Assembly: GCA_964291305.2 (NCBI GenBank)
Contig: OZ219783.1
Coordinates: 2,205,460-2,237,459, forward strand
DNA from: Acidimicrobiales bacterium
GTDB taxonomy: Bacteria > Actinomycetota > Acidimicrobiia > Acidimicrobiales > CATQHL01
DNA length: 32,000 bases
Direction: 5' to 3'
Every line of letters begins with the position of its first letter. The stretch's first letter is position 1. The notes beneath the pieces are model-generated. The model saw only the letters and a list, made by a program, of their open reading frames with translations, did no database searches and was not told where the DNA came from. Made by a program: the position numbers and the translations under genes. This document shows positions 9,482-19,187 of the stretch, one piece after another.

Positions 9482-10054
9482 TCAGTCCGAAGACCCATCG
9501 ATAGCGCCAACAGCCAGCTCTGACCAATCCTCAGGGTTGTCCTCGACGATTACGTCAAGGACTCTCAACTCCACTCCGTCCACCAGCACCAGACCGCGCC
9601 GCAACGGCCGGATCTCGTTTGAAAATACCAGGATTCGCCAGGTGGGACGGGAGAACCACCCTCTCCAGCCCATCTGCGCCGAGGCATGACCCACCGGGAA
9701 ACCAACTGCTCGGACTGCCTCAAGCAGAGCATCGGTCTCTTCGACACGTAGCTCCCAGCCAGCCCGGAAGTGATAAGCCGCCAGCACTAGCAACGCAATC
9801 CCTGCCGCCAGGAAGCCCCCGTTGACGATGTTAGGGTCGCGACTGAGGGTCAAGGCCCAGACAGCAATCGACACCACGCCAATAAAGGCGTAGAGCGCTC
9901 CAGGCACGCGGCGGCGACTGTTGTTAGGAAAGACGTACGGACCGACGTAACCGCTGACATCCAACTCCGGTGGAAGCACATCGGCAACATCTTCACCGGC
10001 GGGTGCTTGGCCTGCGGGTTCGGTTGACTCCCCGGTCGAAGTTTCTTGGCTCAC
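9482..10054 (-). CDS. hypothetical membrane protein (acidic N-terminus, two predicted TM helices, C-terminal domain of about 80 aa)
   Basis: 190-aa ORF. Its GTG start overlaps the HIT gene stop (GTGA at 10054-10051). Hydrophobic segments ALYAFIGVVSIAVWALTL and GGFLAAGIALLVLAAYHF. The architecture is reminiscent of 2-TM bacterial PH-domain proteins, but I cannot confirm that. Confidence 0.6.
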   Translation of the reverse strand: MSQETSTGESTEPAGQAPAGEDVADVLPPELDVSGYVGPYVFPNNSRRRVPGALYAFIGVVSIAVWALTLSRDPNIVNGGFLAAGIALLVLAAYHFRAGWELRVEETDALLEAVRAVGFPVGHASAQMGWRGWFSRPTWRILVFSNEIRPLRRGLVLVDGVELRVLDVIVEDNPEDWSELAVGAIDGSSD

Positions 10055-10584
10055 GTTCCGACGCTATCGGCCGCAGCCGGCCAGGCATCCCGCAGCTTGC
10101 GCCAGGTGTCTCCAAGAGTTTCGGGCAGCACTCTGGTGCCGCCCACAGTCGTCATAAAGTTGGTGTCGCCCGCCCAGCGGGGCAGGCAATGGATGTGGAT
10201 GTGGCCAACCACGCCGGCACCAGCCGCCCGCCCTAGGTTTAGCCCTACGTTAACTCCGTCGGGGTTGTAGGCAGTCTGTAGCGCCCGCACCGCTAGACGA
10301 ACTGCTTGCCACAGTTCGGCCCAGGTAGCGTCGTTCAGATCGTCGGGCGCGGCGGCGGCTACATAGGGCACTACTAGCAGGTGACCGGTGGTGTACGGGT
10401 AGGCGTTCAGTACGGCGAAAGTGTGCTCCCCGCGCCAAACCACGAACGTCTCATCGTCGGGCAACTCGCCGCGCCCGATGGCCTCGAAAGGCGAGGAGGA
10501 CTCGTTGGCGTCGGTATCTGCGGCGCTTACCGATCTCACATAGTCGGCGCGCCAGCCAGCCCAGAGCCGACCCAGATCGCTCAT
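10051..10584 (-). CDS. HIT-family nucleotide hydrolase/phosphorylase (Rv2613c-like)
   Basis: Histidine-triad motif GHIHIHCLPRW plus HLLVVPY. The ATG overlaps the thrS stop (ATGA). The thrS-HIT-pgsA synteny is conserved in actinobacteria. Confidence 0.85.
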   Translation of the reverse strand: MSDLGRLWAGWRADYVRSVSAADTDANESSSPFEAIGRGELPDDETFVVWRGEHTFAVLNAYPYTTGHLLVVPYVAAAAPDDLNDATWAELWQAVRLAVRALQTAYNPDGVNVGLNLGRAAGAGVVGHIHIHCLPRWAGDTNFMTTVGGTRVLPETLGDTWRKLRDAWPAAADSVGT

Positions 10585-12569
10585 AGGCGCACGCTCATCT
10601 CCTCCGGGACCGCTTCGGCCAGCATCTGAGCCTTCACCTCCGCTAGCGGCACATCCCGCTCGGTGTCGCCGTCTCGCGGGTTAACCCCGACTGTGCCCGC
10701 CGCCATGTCCTTAGCCCCCACGACCAGCACGTAGGGCACTTTGGCCAGTTTGGCGGCGCGCACCCGCCGTCCGAGAGGCTCGTCCGCGGCCACCAGCTCG
10801 GCGCGCAGCCCGGCGGCAGTCAACTCCACAACCACTTCGGCGGCGTAGTCAGCGTGATCGGCCGCCACCGGCAGCACGCAGGCCTGCACCGGGGCAAGCC
10901 AGGTGGGAAAAGCTCCTGCGTAGTGCTCCAGAAGCACCCCAAAGAACCGCTCTACCGAGCCGAACAGCGCCCGGTGGATCATCACCGGCCGACGGCGCTG
11001 GCCATCAGAGTCCGTGTAGTACAGGTCGAAGCGCTCCGGCAGGTTGAAGTCCACCTGCAGCGTGGAGAGCTGCCAGGCCCGGCCGATGGCGTCGGTTACG
11101 TCGATATCGATTTTGGGGCCGTAGAAGGCGCCGCCGCCAGGGTCGGTGACGTAGTCCAGCCCGGCGGACTCCAAAGCAGCTCGCAAACCTTCGGTGGCTA
11201 GATCCCACATCTCCACTGGACCTACCGCCTTGCGCGCCGGACGGGTGGAGAGCTTGGCCTGGAAGTCATTGAACCCGAAAGCTCGCAGCACAGACAGCAC
11301 GAAGTCCAGCAGCGAAGCCATCTCGGGCTGCACCTGCTCTGAGGTAGCGAAAATGTGGCTGTCATCCTGGGTGAAACCCCGGGAGCGCAGCAAGCCATGC
11401 ACCGCACCCGACAACTCGTAGCGGTATACGGCCCCCAGCTCGAACAGGCGCAGCGGCAAATCACGGTAGGAACGCTGACCAGAGCGATAGATCATCACGT
11501 GGAATGGGCAGTTCATGGGCTTGGGGTAGTACGAGGCCCCATCCAGCTCCATGGGGGGATACATGCTCTCGGCGTAGAAGTCCAAGTGGCCGCTGGTCTC
11601 CCAGAGGTTGGACTTGGCCAGGTGCGGGGTGTACACGAACTGGTAGCCACCGGCGGCGTGGCGGCGGCGGCTGTAGTCCTCCATGAGATGCCGCACCAAA
11701 GCCCCCTTGGGATGCCATACCGCCAGTCCTGGCCCTAGCTCCTCGGGCCAAGAAACTAGGTCTAACTCGCGGGCTAGCCGCCGGTGGTCCCGCTTGGCGG
11801 CCTCGGCCAGCCGGTGTAGGTGACTCTTCAGGTCGGCGGCATTAGCCCAGGCCGTGCCGTAGATCCGCTGCAGCATGGGACGGTCACTGTCGCCTCTCCA
11901 GTAGGCGCCCGCTACCCGTTGCAGGGCGAAGTGACCCAGGCGCCCGGTAGAAGGGACGTGGGGACCCAGGCAGAGGTCTACAAAGTCCTCGCCGTTGGCA
12001 TAGCAACTCACAACACCGTCGCCTGTGGCCTCGCCGGCTAGGTCGGCGTCGGTTTCGGGGTTATCCTCGGCACTGCTACTGACCCGCTGGATGATCTCGC
12101 GTTTGTAGGGGTGCTCGGCGAAGATCTCCAGCGCCTCGCCAGCATCCACCTCCCGCCGCACGAACGGCTGGTCGGCGGCGATGATTTTCCGCATCTGCGC
12201 TTCGATGCGCTCCAGGTCAGCGTCGGCAAAAGTGCCGCCGGTGGGCAACTCGAAGTCGTAATAGAAGCCGTCGGCTACTGGCGGCCCAATGGCAAAAGTG
12301 GCGCCCGGATATAGCCCCAGGACCGCCTGGGCTAAGACGTGTGCCGTGGAGTGGCGCAAGGTGTGCAGACCACGCTCGCTGCCAGCGGTCACGACTTCGA
12401 CGGTCGCGCCATCCACCAGCGGTGTAAACAGGTCTACTTCAACGCCGTCGAAGGCGGCAATCAGCGCGTCGCGGGCCAGGCGGCGGCCGATAGCGGCAGC
12501 CAGATCGGCAGCGGTGGCGCCGTCGGGCAGGTCGCGCGCCGAACCGTCTGGCAAAAGCACACGAACCAT
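10581..12569 (-). CDS. thrS: threonine--tRNA ligase
   Basis: 662-aa ORF with a TGS-like N-terminus, the editing-domain HSTAHVLA motif, the class II core (RGFTQDDSHIF, GAFYGPKID) and a C-terminal anticodon-binding domain. Confidence 0.95.
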   Translation of the reverse strand: MVRVLLPDGSARDLPDGATAADLAAAIGRRLARDALIAAFDGVEVDLFTPLVDGATVEVVTAGSERGLHTLRHSTAHVLAQAVLGLYPGATFAIGPPVADGFYYDFELPTGGTFADADLERIEAQMRKIIAADQPFVRREVDAGEALEIFAEHPYKREIIQRVSSSAEDNPETDADLAGEATGDGVVSCYANGEDFVDLCLGPHVPSTGRLGHFALQRVAGAYWRGDSDRPMLQRIYGTAWANAADLKSHLHRLAEAAKRDHRRLARELDLVSWPEELGPGLAVWHPKGALVRHLMEDYSRRRHAAGGYQFVYTPHLAKSNLWETSGHLDFYAESMYPPMELDGASYYPKPMNCPFHVMIYRSGQRSYRDLPLRLFELGAVYRYELSGAVHGLLRSRGFTQDDSHIFATSEQVQPEMASLLDFVLSVLRAFGFNDFQAKLSTRPARKAVGPVEMWDLATEGLRAALESAGLDYVTDPGGGAFYGPKIDIDVTDAIGRAWQLSTLQVDFNLPERFDLYYTDSDGQRRRPVMIHRALFGSVERFFGVLLEHYAGAFPTWLAPVQACVLPVAADHADYAAEVVVELTAAGLRAELVAADEPLGRRVRAAKLAKVPYVLVVGAKDMAAGTVGVNPRDGDTERDVPLAEVKAQMLAEAVPEEMSVRL

Positions 12570-12578
12570 ATGGAAAAA

Positions 12579-13820
12579 CTAGCGGCGAGCAGCGGAAGGA
12601 TCGCAGGCGGAGCTGTTGCCGGCCGAACCTAGGGCCTCGTCACCTAGGGCCTCGTCGGCCCGCAGGTCCACCCCCAGCAGCATGGCCGCGGCAGCTACTC
12701 CGGTGCCAGTGCCAACCGCGGCATCGATGCAGCCGAGCGCGGTTGGCGTGTCTAGGTCGTTGTCGAGGGCAGCGCGCACCTCCTGGAGCGGGCCCTCGCC
12801 GAACGCAGCCGACTGCCAGCGCTCTAAACGCTCGCTGGCGGTGGCCATTATCTCCGGGCGCCACTCCCAGGAGTCCCGGTAGTGGTGAGCCAGCACCGCC
12901 AGCCGCACCGCTCGCGCGTCGTGGTCTTTTAGCAGGTCGCTCACAAAGACCAGGTTTCCCAGCGACTTGGACATCTTCTCGCCGTCCAGTTGGACCATGG
13001 CCTGGTGCATCCAGTGGCGGGCGAACGGCTCGCCGGTGGCCGCCTCGGACTGCGCCCGCTCACACTCATGGTGTGGAAAGACAAGGTCTGACCCGCCGCC
13101 GTGCAGGTCGATCGTGGTGCCCAGCTCGCGCATAGCCAGCGTGGAGCATTCGATGTGCCATCCTGGCCGACCGGGACCCCACAGCGACCCCCACTCCGGC
13201 TCGTCGGGCTCAGAGGGTTGCCAGAGCACGAAGTCCAGCGGGTCTCGCTTGGCCGGGTCATCGGGATTGCCGCCCCGCTCTGCCGCTAGCACCAACATCT
13301 CGGTTCGGTCTAGCTTGGAGAGTTCGCCAAAGCCAGGATATTTGGCCACTTCGAAGTAGACGGCGCCACCCGATACGTAAGCATGACCTCCCTCTAGCAC
13401 CATGCCGATAAAACCGCGGATGTCGGAAATGGCCGAGGTGGCGCGTGGCTCACTCCAGCTAGCCAGCATGCCGAGTGCGGTCATGTCCGAATCGAAACGG
13501 GCCACTTCAGCTGCCGCCAAGTCAAGATAATGCACGCCCAGCGAGCGGGCCTTGCGCAGGATGTCGTCGTCCACATCGGTTACGTTGCGCACGCAGCGCG
13601 TCTCATGGCCACGGTCACGCAGACGCCGTTGCAACACGTCGTAGGTGAGGTAAGTGGCGGCATGACCCAGATGGGTGGCGTCGTAGGGGGTGATCCCACA
13701 GGTGTACATGGTGACCACCGGGCCAACCTCGAAGGGCACCACCTCGCCGGCAAGGGTGTCGTAGATGTTCATCGCTCGGGCCGGGGTTCTGGCCGGCCGT
13801 TCCGACAGCAAGGCCGTCAC
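12579..13820 (-). CDS. mshC: L-cysteine:1D-myo-inositol 2-amino-2-deoxy-alpha-D-glucopyranoside ligase (mycothiol biosynthesis)
   Basis: At 413 aa it is shorter than CysS. MYTCGITPYDATHLGHAATYLTYD, GWHIECS, FPHHE and KMSKSLGN match MshC as I recall it, and the ...LLGVDL end region is MshC-like. The GTG start overlaps the npdG stop (GTGA). Confidence 0.88.
   Translation of the reverse strand: MTALLSERPARTPARAMNIYDTLAGEVVPFEVGPVVTMYTCGITPYDATHLGHAATYLTYDVLQRRLRDRGHETRCVRNVTDVDDDILRKARSLGVHYLDLAAAEVARFDSDMTALGMLASWSEPRATSAISDIRGFIGMVLEGGHAYVSGGAVYFEVAKYPGFGELSKLDRTEMLVLAAERGGNPDDPAKRDPLDFVLWQPSEPDEPEWGSLWGPGRPGWHIECSTLAMRELGTTIDLHGGGSDLVFPHHECERAQSEAATGEPFARHWMHQAMVQLDGEKMSKSLGNLVFVSDLLKDHDARAVRLAVLAHHYRDSWEWRPEIMATASERLERWQSAAFGEGPLQEVRAALDNDLDTPTALGCIDAAVGTGTGVAAAAMLLGVDLRADEALGDEALGSAGNSSACDPSAARR
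12628..12657. repeat. tandem 15-nt duplication (14/15 identical) inside the mshC 3' tail
   Basis: cctagggcctcgtca (12628-12642) is followed directly by cctagggcctcgtcg (12643-12657). In frame, this encodes the duplicated DEALG-DEALG. Confidence 0.9.
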
Positions 13821-14476
13821 TCGTCGTTGAGACCCGTGAAGCGCAGCGCTACCCGGGTCTTGTATCGGCCGTTGAGCTGCAGCAGCACCGCGGCGAACGC
13901 CTCTATCGGCGCCGCGTTAGACAGCTCTCCCGCATCGAGCGGGCGCAGGCGCGGGATCTGGGCGACGAAAGCAGCCGTGTCTGCCGTGGCTTCGGGGTGG
14001 TCAGAGCAAATAAGCACATCAGAATCCACGTCGTGGTCGATCTCGCCGAGTTCTCTGGCAGGGACGTGGTGCATGGCGGCGACGACTTTGGCCTTTGGTA
14101 CCGCAGCTTGCACGCTGGCCGCTACCGACCCCCGTGGCGGCACCAGCGGCTGGAACTCGTGCGCCACCCGGGCCAGAGCGTTGCACATGGATACCACTAC
14201 CTTGCCCGCCAGATACGACTCCACGGACTTCACGCTTGCGGCGGCGGCGTCCCAGGGCGTAGCCAACACCACCAGGTCACAGCCAGCCGCCACCTCGTTG
14301 TCACCGGAGTCGATCGGCAGACTTCGGCCTGCCCAGACTTCCAGAAGCTTGTCGCGCGCCTCCATAGCTCGGTACTTGGACCGTGACCCCAGCACCACCT
14401 CGAAGCCCACACTTGCCAGCCGGACAGCGAGGCCCCGACCAGCGGGGCCTGTTCCGCCCAGAATGCCAATGCGCAT
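13817..14476 (-). CDS. npdG: NADPH-dependent F420 reductase
   Basis: MRIGILGGTGPAGRGLAVRLASVGFEVVLGSRS is a Rossmann N-terminus typical of the F420:NADP oxidoreductase family. 219 aa. Confidence 0.82.
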   Translation of the reverse strand: MRIGILGGTGPAGRGLAVRLASVGFEVVLGSRSKYRAMEARDKLLEVWAGRSLPIDSGDNEVAAGCDLVVLATPWDAAAASVKSVESYLAGKVVVSMCNALARVAHEFQPLVPPRGSVAASVQAAVPKAKVVAAMHHVPARELGEIDHDVDSDVLICSDHPEATADTAAFVAQIPRLRPLDAGELSNAAPIEAFAAVLLQLNGRYKTRVALRFTGLNDE

Positions 14477-14482
14477 GGGGCC

Positions 14483-14489
14483 TAGGGTA
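14483..14489. promoter_or_regulatory. overlapping face-to-face TANNNT (-10-like) hexamers between the npdG and fabI starts
   Basis: Plus strand TAGGGT (14483-14488). Minus strand TACCCT (14489-14484) lies 7 nt upstream of the npdG ATG (14476), a spacing compatible with a leaderless transcript. Confidence 0.25.
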
Positions 14490-14491
14490 GC

Positions 14492-15268
14492 TTGACGCCG
14501 ATGGGCCTCTTAGCGAATAAACGACTACTGATTACCGGCGTGCTGACCGACGCCTCGCTGGCTTTCGCCGTGGCCCAGCTAGCCACCGAAGAAGGAGCGG
14601 AGCTAATCCTCACCGGCGCCGGGCGCGGCCTGCGACTCACCGAGCGCACCGCCCGCAAGCTAGACCCCACCCCCGATGTACTGGAACTCGACGTAACTCA
14701 GCCCGAGCACTTGGCCTCGTTGCGCCAGGCGCTGACCGAGCGTTGGGGCCGAGTGGACGGCGCACTTCACGCCATCGGCTTCGCCCCGCAGAACTGCCTA
14801 GGCGGCGACTTCATGGTCCCCGACTGGGACGACGTGTCGCTGTCGCTTCAGATTTCGGCGTACTCACTAAAGGCGCTGGCTGATGTGGTCACACCGCTCA
14901 TGGACACCGGCGGTTCATTGGTGGCGCTGGACTTCGACGCCACGGTGGCTTGGCCGGTCTACGACTGGATGGGCGTCTCGAAGGCGGCGCTGGAGTCGGT
15001 GGCCCGCTATCTAGCACGCGATCTGGGGCCCCGGGGCATACGGGTAAACCTGGTGGCCGCCGGCCCGGTACGCACCATGGCAGCACGTTCGATCCCTGGC
15101 TTTGATGCGTTCGAGGAGGCTTGGACACAGCGCGCCCCGCTGGGTTGGGATGTCCAGGACGCCGGCCCGGTGGCCCGGGCATGCGTACTGCTGCTGTCGG
15201 ACTGGCTGGACGCCACCACGGGAGAGATGCTGCACGTCGACGGCGGCTACCACGCCATCGGGGCCTGA
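14492..15268 (+). CDS. fabI: NADH-dependent enoyl-[acyl-carrier-protein] reductase (FabI/InhA type)
   Basis: LLANKRLLITGVLTDASLAFAVAQLATEEGAELILTG...VHAIGFAP...Y..MGVSKAALES...RVN..AAGP.RT has InhA/FabI SDR features. The start is the TTG at 14492 or the ATG at 14501. Confidence 0.9.
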   Translation: MTPMGLLANKRLLITGVLTDASLAFAVAQLATEEGAELILTGAGRGLRLTERTARKLDPTPDVLELDVTQPEHLASLRQALTERWGRVDGALHAIGFAPQNCLGGDFMVPDWDDVSLSLQISAYSLKALADVVTPLMDTGGSLVALDFDATVAWPVYDWMGVSKAALESVARYLARDLGPRGIRVNLVAAGPVRTMAARSIPGFDAFEEAWTQRAPLGWDVQDAGPVARACVLLLSDWLDATTGEMLHVDGGYHAIGA

Positions 15269-15271
15269 ACG

Positions 15272-15292
15272 CCTGCTGCGGGTGCAGCTAGG
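15272..15292 (+). terminator. candidate stem-loop 3 nt after the fabI stop
   Basis: CCTGCTGC-gggt-GCAGC(t)AGG forms 8 bp with one bulge. There is no U-tract. A second imperfect hairpin lies at 15302-15324 (ATGGAACCC-ttcc-GGGGCTCCAT). Confidence 0.2.
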
Positions 15293-15373
15293 TGTGCAGG
15301 GCATGGAACCCTTCCGGGGCTCCATCGCCTAACCAACGCCGGGAGTCGGCTGTGGGGCGCTAGCTTCAGAACC

Positions 15374-15862
15374 GTGGCCACCTCACCGGCGCCAGATCTG
15401 ATTTTAGAGCCACTCACGGGCAAGCCTCGGGCGGTTGAGGAATGGGTTACCACGTTTCATCTCGTGTTAGTGGCACTAGACCCTTTTACCTACGAGAGCG
15501 GCTGGATCCTGCCGACAGCCGGCAGGGTGATGGGCAACTTCTCCGGTGCCGACTGCCGGGTGGGCTGGCTGGTGTGTGGCACCCCCGATCAGGCGCGTCA
15601 GTTCCTGGGGCAATGGGCGGACCGCTTTTTGACCTTCACCGATCCGGATCGGGAGATGGTGCAAGGGCTAGGGCTTGAGCATCTGCCAGCCATCGTGCAC
15701 CTAAACCACTCCCTAGGAGTGGTCGGTGCGGCCGAAGGTTGGAGCCCGAAGGCCTGGCGGACAGTAGCTAAAGGGTTGGCCAAGGCAATGAGTTGGAGCA
15801 AGCCCACCATCCCCGCCCGCGAGGACCCGGCCCCCTACGCCGGAACTCCTGCCGGCGGCTGA
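15374..15862 (+). CDS. hypothetical protein, thioredoxin/peroxiredoxin-like fold lacking the redox cysteine
   Basis: 162-aa ORF with a GTG start. The pattern FHLVLVALDPFTYES....RVGWLVCGTPDQARQF......FLTFTDPDREMVQGLGLEHLPAIVHLN mimics the AhpC/TSA layout, but the peroxidatic Cys position is not Cys. This call rests on pattern recognition only. Confidence 0.5.
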   Translation: MATSPAPDLILEPLTGKPRAVEEWVTTFHLVLVALDPFTYESGWILPTAGRVMGNFSGADCRVGWLVCGTPDQARQFLGQWADRFLTFTDPDREMVQGLGLEHLPAIVHLNHSLGVVGAAEGWSPKAWRTVAKGLAKAMSWSKPTIPAREDPAPYAGTPAGG

Positions 15863-15901
15863 GGATCTCCGGCACGCCCGGTACCGTCACCCGAGGCGCT
15901 C

Positions 15902-17533
<1,632 letters not shown>

Positions 17534-17559
17534 GTAACCCCGCAGCTCACTAATCGGTC

Positions 17560-19083
17560 TCACTGCTCGGCCCAGTAAGGGGCGCGCAGCTTGTACTTCT
17601 GGAGTTTGCCGGTGGCGGTACGCGCCAGGGCGTCGCGGAACTCCACCGAGGTAGGGCACTTGTAGTGCGCCAGATTGGCCCGGCAGTGCCTAATGAGTTC
17701 ATCGGCGGTGGCTTCGGCGTCGGAGGCCAGCACAACTAGAGCCTTGGGAGTCTCGCCCCAGCGCTCGTGGGGCACGCCGATCACCGCCACCTCAGCTACT
17801 GCCGGGTGGGCGAACAGGCAGTCCTCCACCTCAATCGATGAGACGTTCTCGCCGCCGCTGATAATCACATCCTTACGCCGGTCGGTCAGCACCAAATAGC
17901 CGTCGGCATCTAGGAAGCCCCCATCGCCGGTGCGGAACCAGCCCTCAGCCAGGGCTTCGTCGGTGGCCTCGGGCTGGCCCCAGTAGCCCTCCATGACGTG
18001 GTTACCCCTGGCCTGCACTTCCCCCTCGGCGGAGACCCGCAGCTTTACGCCCAGCGCTGGCGCGCCCTGGCGAACCAACCGCTCGGACCGCTCGGCCGCC
18101 GTCAGGTCGTCCCACTCGGGGCGTGCTCGGTTCATGGTGAGATAAGGCGCCGTCTCGGTTAGCCCGTATAGCTGCATGAACTCCCAGCCCAACTCCGTTT
18201 CCATACGCTCGATAGCCCTCCGGGGCGGAGGCGCCCCAGCCACCGTCATGCGGACCGTGCCCGAGCCGGGGATCGGCCCCGGCCAGTTAGCAGCAGCCGC
18301 CAAGACCGCAGCAACCACTGCCGGCGCCCCACACAAGTAGGTGACGCCGTGGCGTTCAACTCGCCGCAGGATCTCGGCGCCGTCGATCTTGCGAATCACT
18401 ACCTGGCTAGCACCGGCACCACAAAGCGCGTACGGCATGCCCCAGCCGTTGCAGTGGAACATGGGCAGGGTGTGGAGGTATACGTCGCGATCGGTCACCC
18501 CAGCGTTCCAGCCGAAGGTGACAGCGTTGAGCCACAATGTGCGGTGAGTGACTTGCACCCCCTTGGGCCGCGCCGTGGTTCCGCTGGTGTAGTTGATAGC
18601 AGCAGTAGCGTCCTCGTCGGGCTCCCAGGGTCGCGGCTGGGCTGATTGGTCGGCGAACAGTGCTTCATCAGCCTCGGGACCGAGGATGAAGCGGTGTTCG
18701 CATTCCACTGAGGCCAGCTCGTCGGCTAGTTCTGGATCGATCAGCAGCAGCCGGGCTCCGCAATGGGACACGATGTACTGCACCTCAGCGGCCTTGAGAC
18801 GGAAGTTCACCGGCACCGAGATGCGCCCCGCGGCGCTCACGCCCAGCATTACCGTTGCTAGACGAGCAGAGTTGTGAGACACGATGGCTACCCGTTCGCC
18901 CCAGTCGAGCCCTAAGCGATCCAAAGAGGCCGCCAGCGCCCGGGTGCGGGCCGCCAGTTCGCCGTAGCTAATGGTCCCCCAAGTTGGCGCTGGCTGGTTC
19001 GGCTCGTCGATCAGCGCAGGCCGGTCGGGGTACACGTGGGCCGCCCGATCCAGAAAATCTCCCACGGTCAACGGTACTTTCAT
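17560..19083 (-). CDS. AMP-dependent acyl-CoA synthetase/ligase (fatty-acid--CoA ligase family)
   Basis: Contains the AMP-binding motif YTSGTTARPKGV, plus GYWG, TGDGG and the C-terminal GK. I chose the ATG at 19083 (MKVPLTVGDFLDRAA...), preceded by GGGGAGGG. The track ORF to 19185 is an upstream extension. Confidence 0.85.
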   Translation of the reverse strand: MKVPLTVGDFLDRAAHVYPDRPALIDEPNQPAPTWGTISYGELAARTRALAASLDRLGLDWGERVAIVSHNSARLATVMLGVSAAGRISVPVNFRLKAAEVQYIVSHCGARLLLIDPELADELASVECEHRFILGPEADEALFADQSAQPRPWEPDEDATAAINYTSGTTARPKGVQVTHRTLWLNAVTFGWNAGVTDRDVYLHTLPMFHCNGWGMPYALCGAGASQVVIRKIDGAEILRRVERHGVTYLCGAPAVVAAVLAAAANWPGPIPGSGTVRMTVAGAPPPRRAIERMETELGWEFMQLYGLTETAPYLTMNRARPEWDDLTAAERSERLVRQGAPALGVKLRVSAEGEVQARGNHVMEGYWGQPEATDEALAEGWFRTGDGGFLDADGYLVLTDRRKDVIISGGENVSSIEVEDCLFAHPAVAEVAVIGVPHERWGETPKALVVLASDAEATADELIRHCRANLAHYKCPTSVEFRDALARTATGKLQKYKLRAPYWAEQ

Positions 19084-19187
19084 ACGCCCTCCCCGCTCGC
19101 AGCTGGCCTTGCAATCTAGCCTTCTGCTGGACTTCGCTGGACGAGAATCTGTGCCGGAACAATGAACCCAAAGACTCAGGAGCAACC

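Noticed and set aside
13530-14495. 321-aa plus-strand ORF antisense to the mshC/npdG junction
   Set aside because: It has no motif and a biased composition. It spans two well-supported minus-strand genes.
17534-17559. Bidirectional terminator in the 26-nt convergent gap between fumarase and the acyl-CoA ligase
   Set aside because: I could not find a stem of 5 bp or more with a sensible loop in or around the gap.
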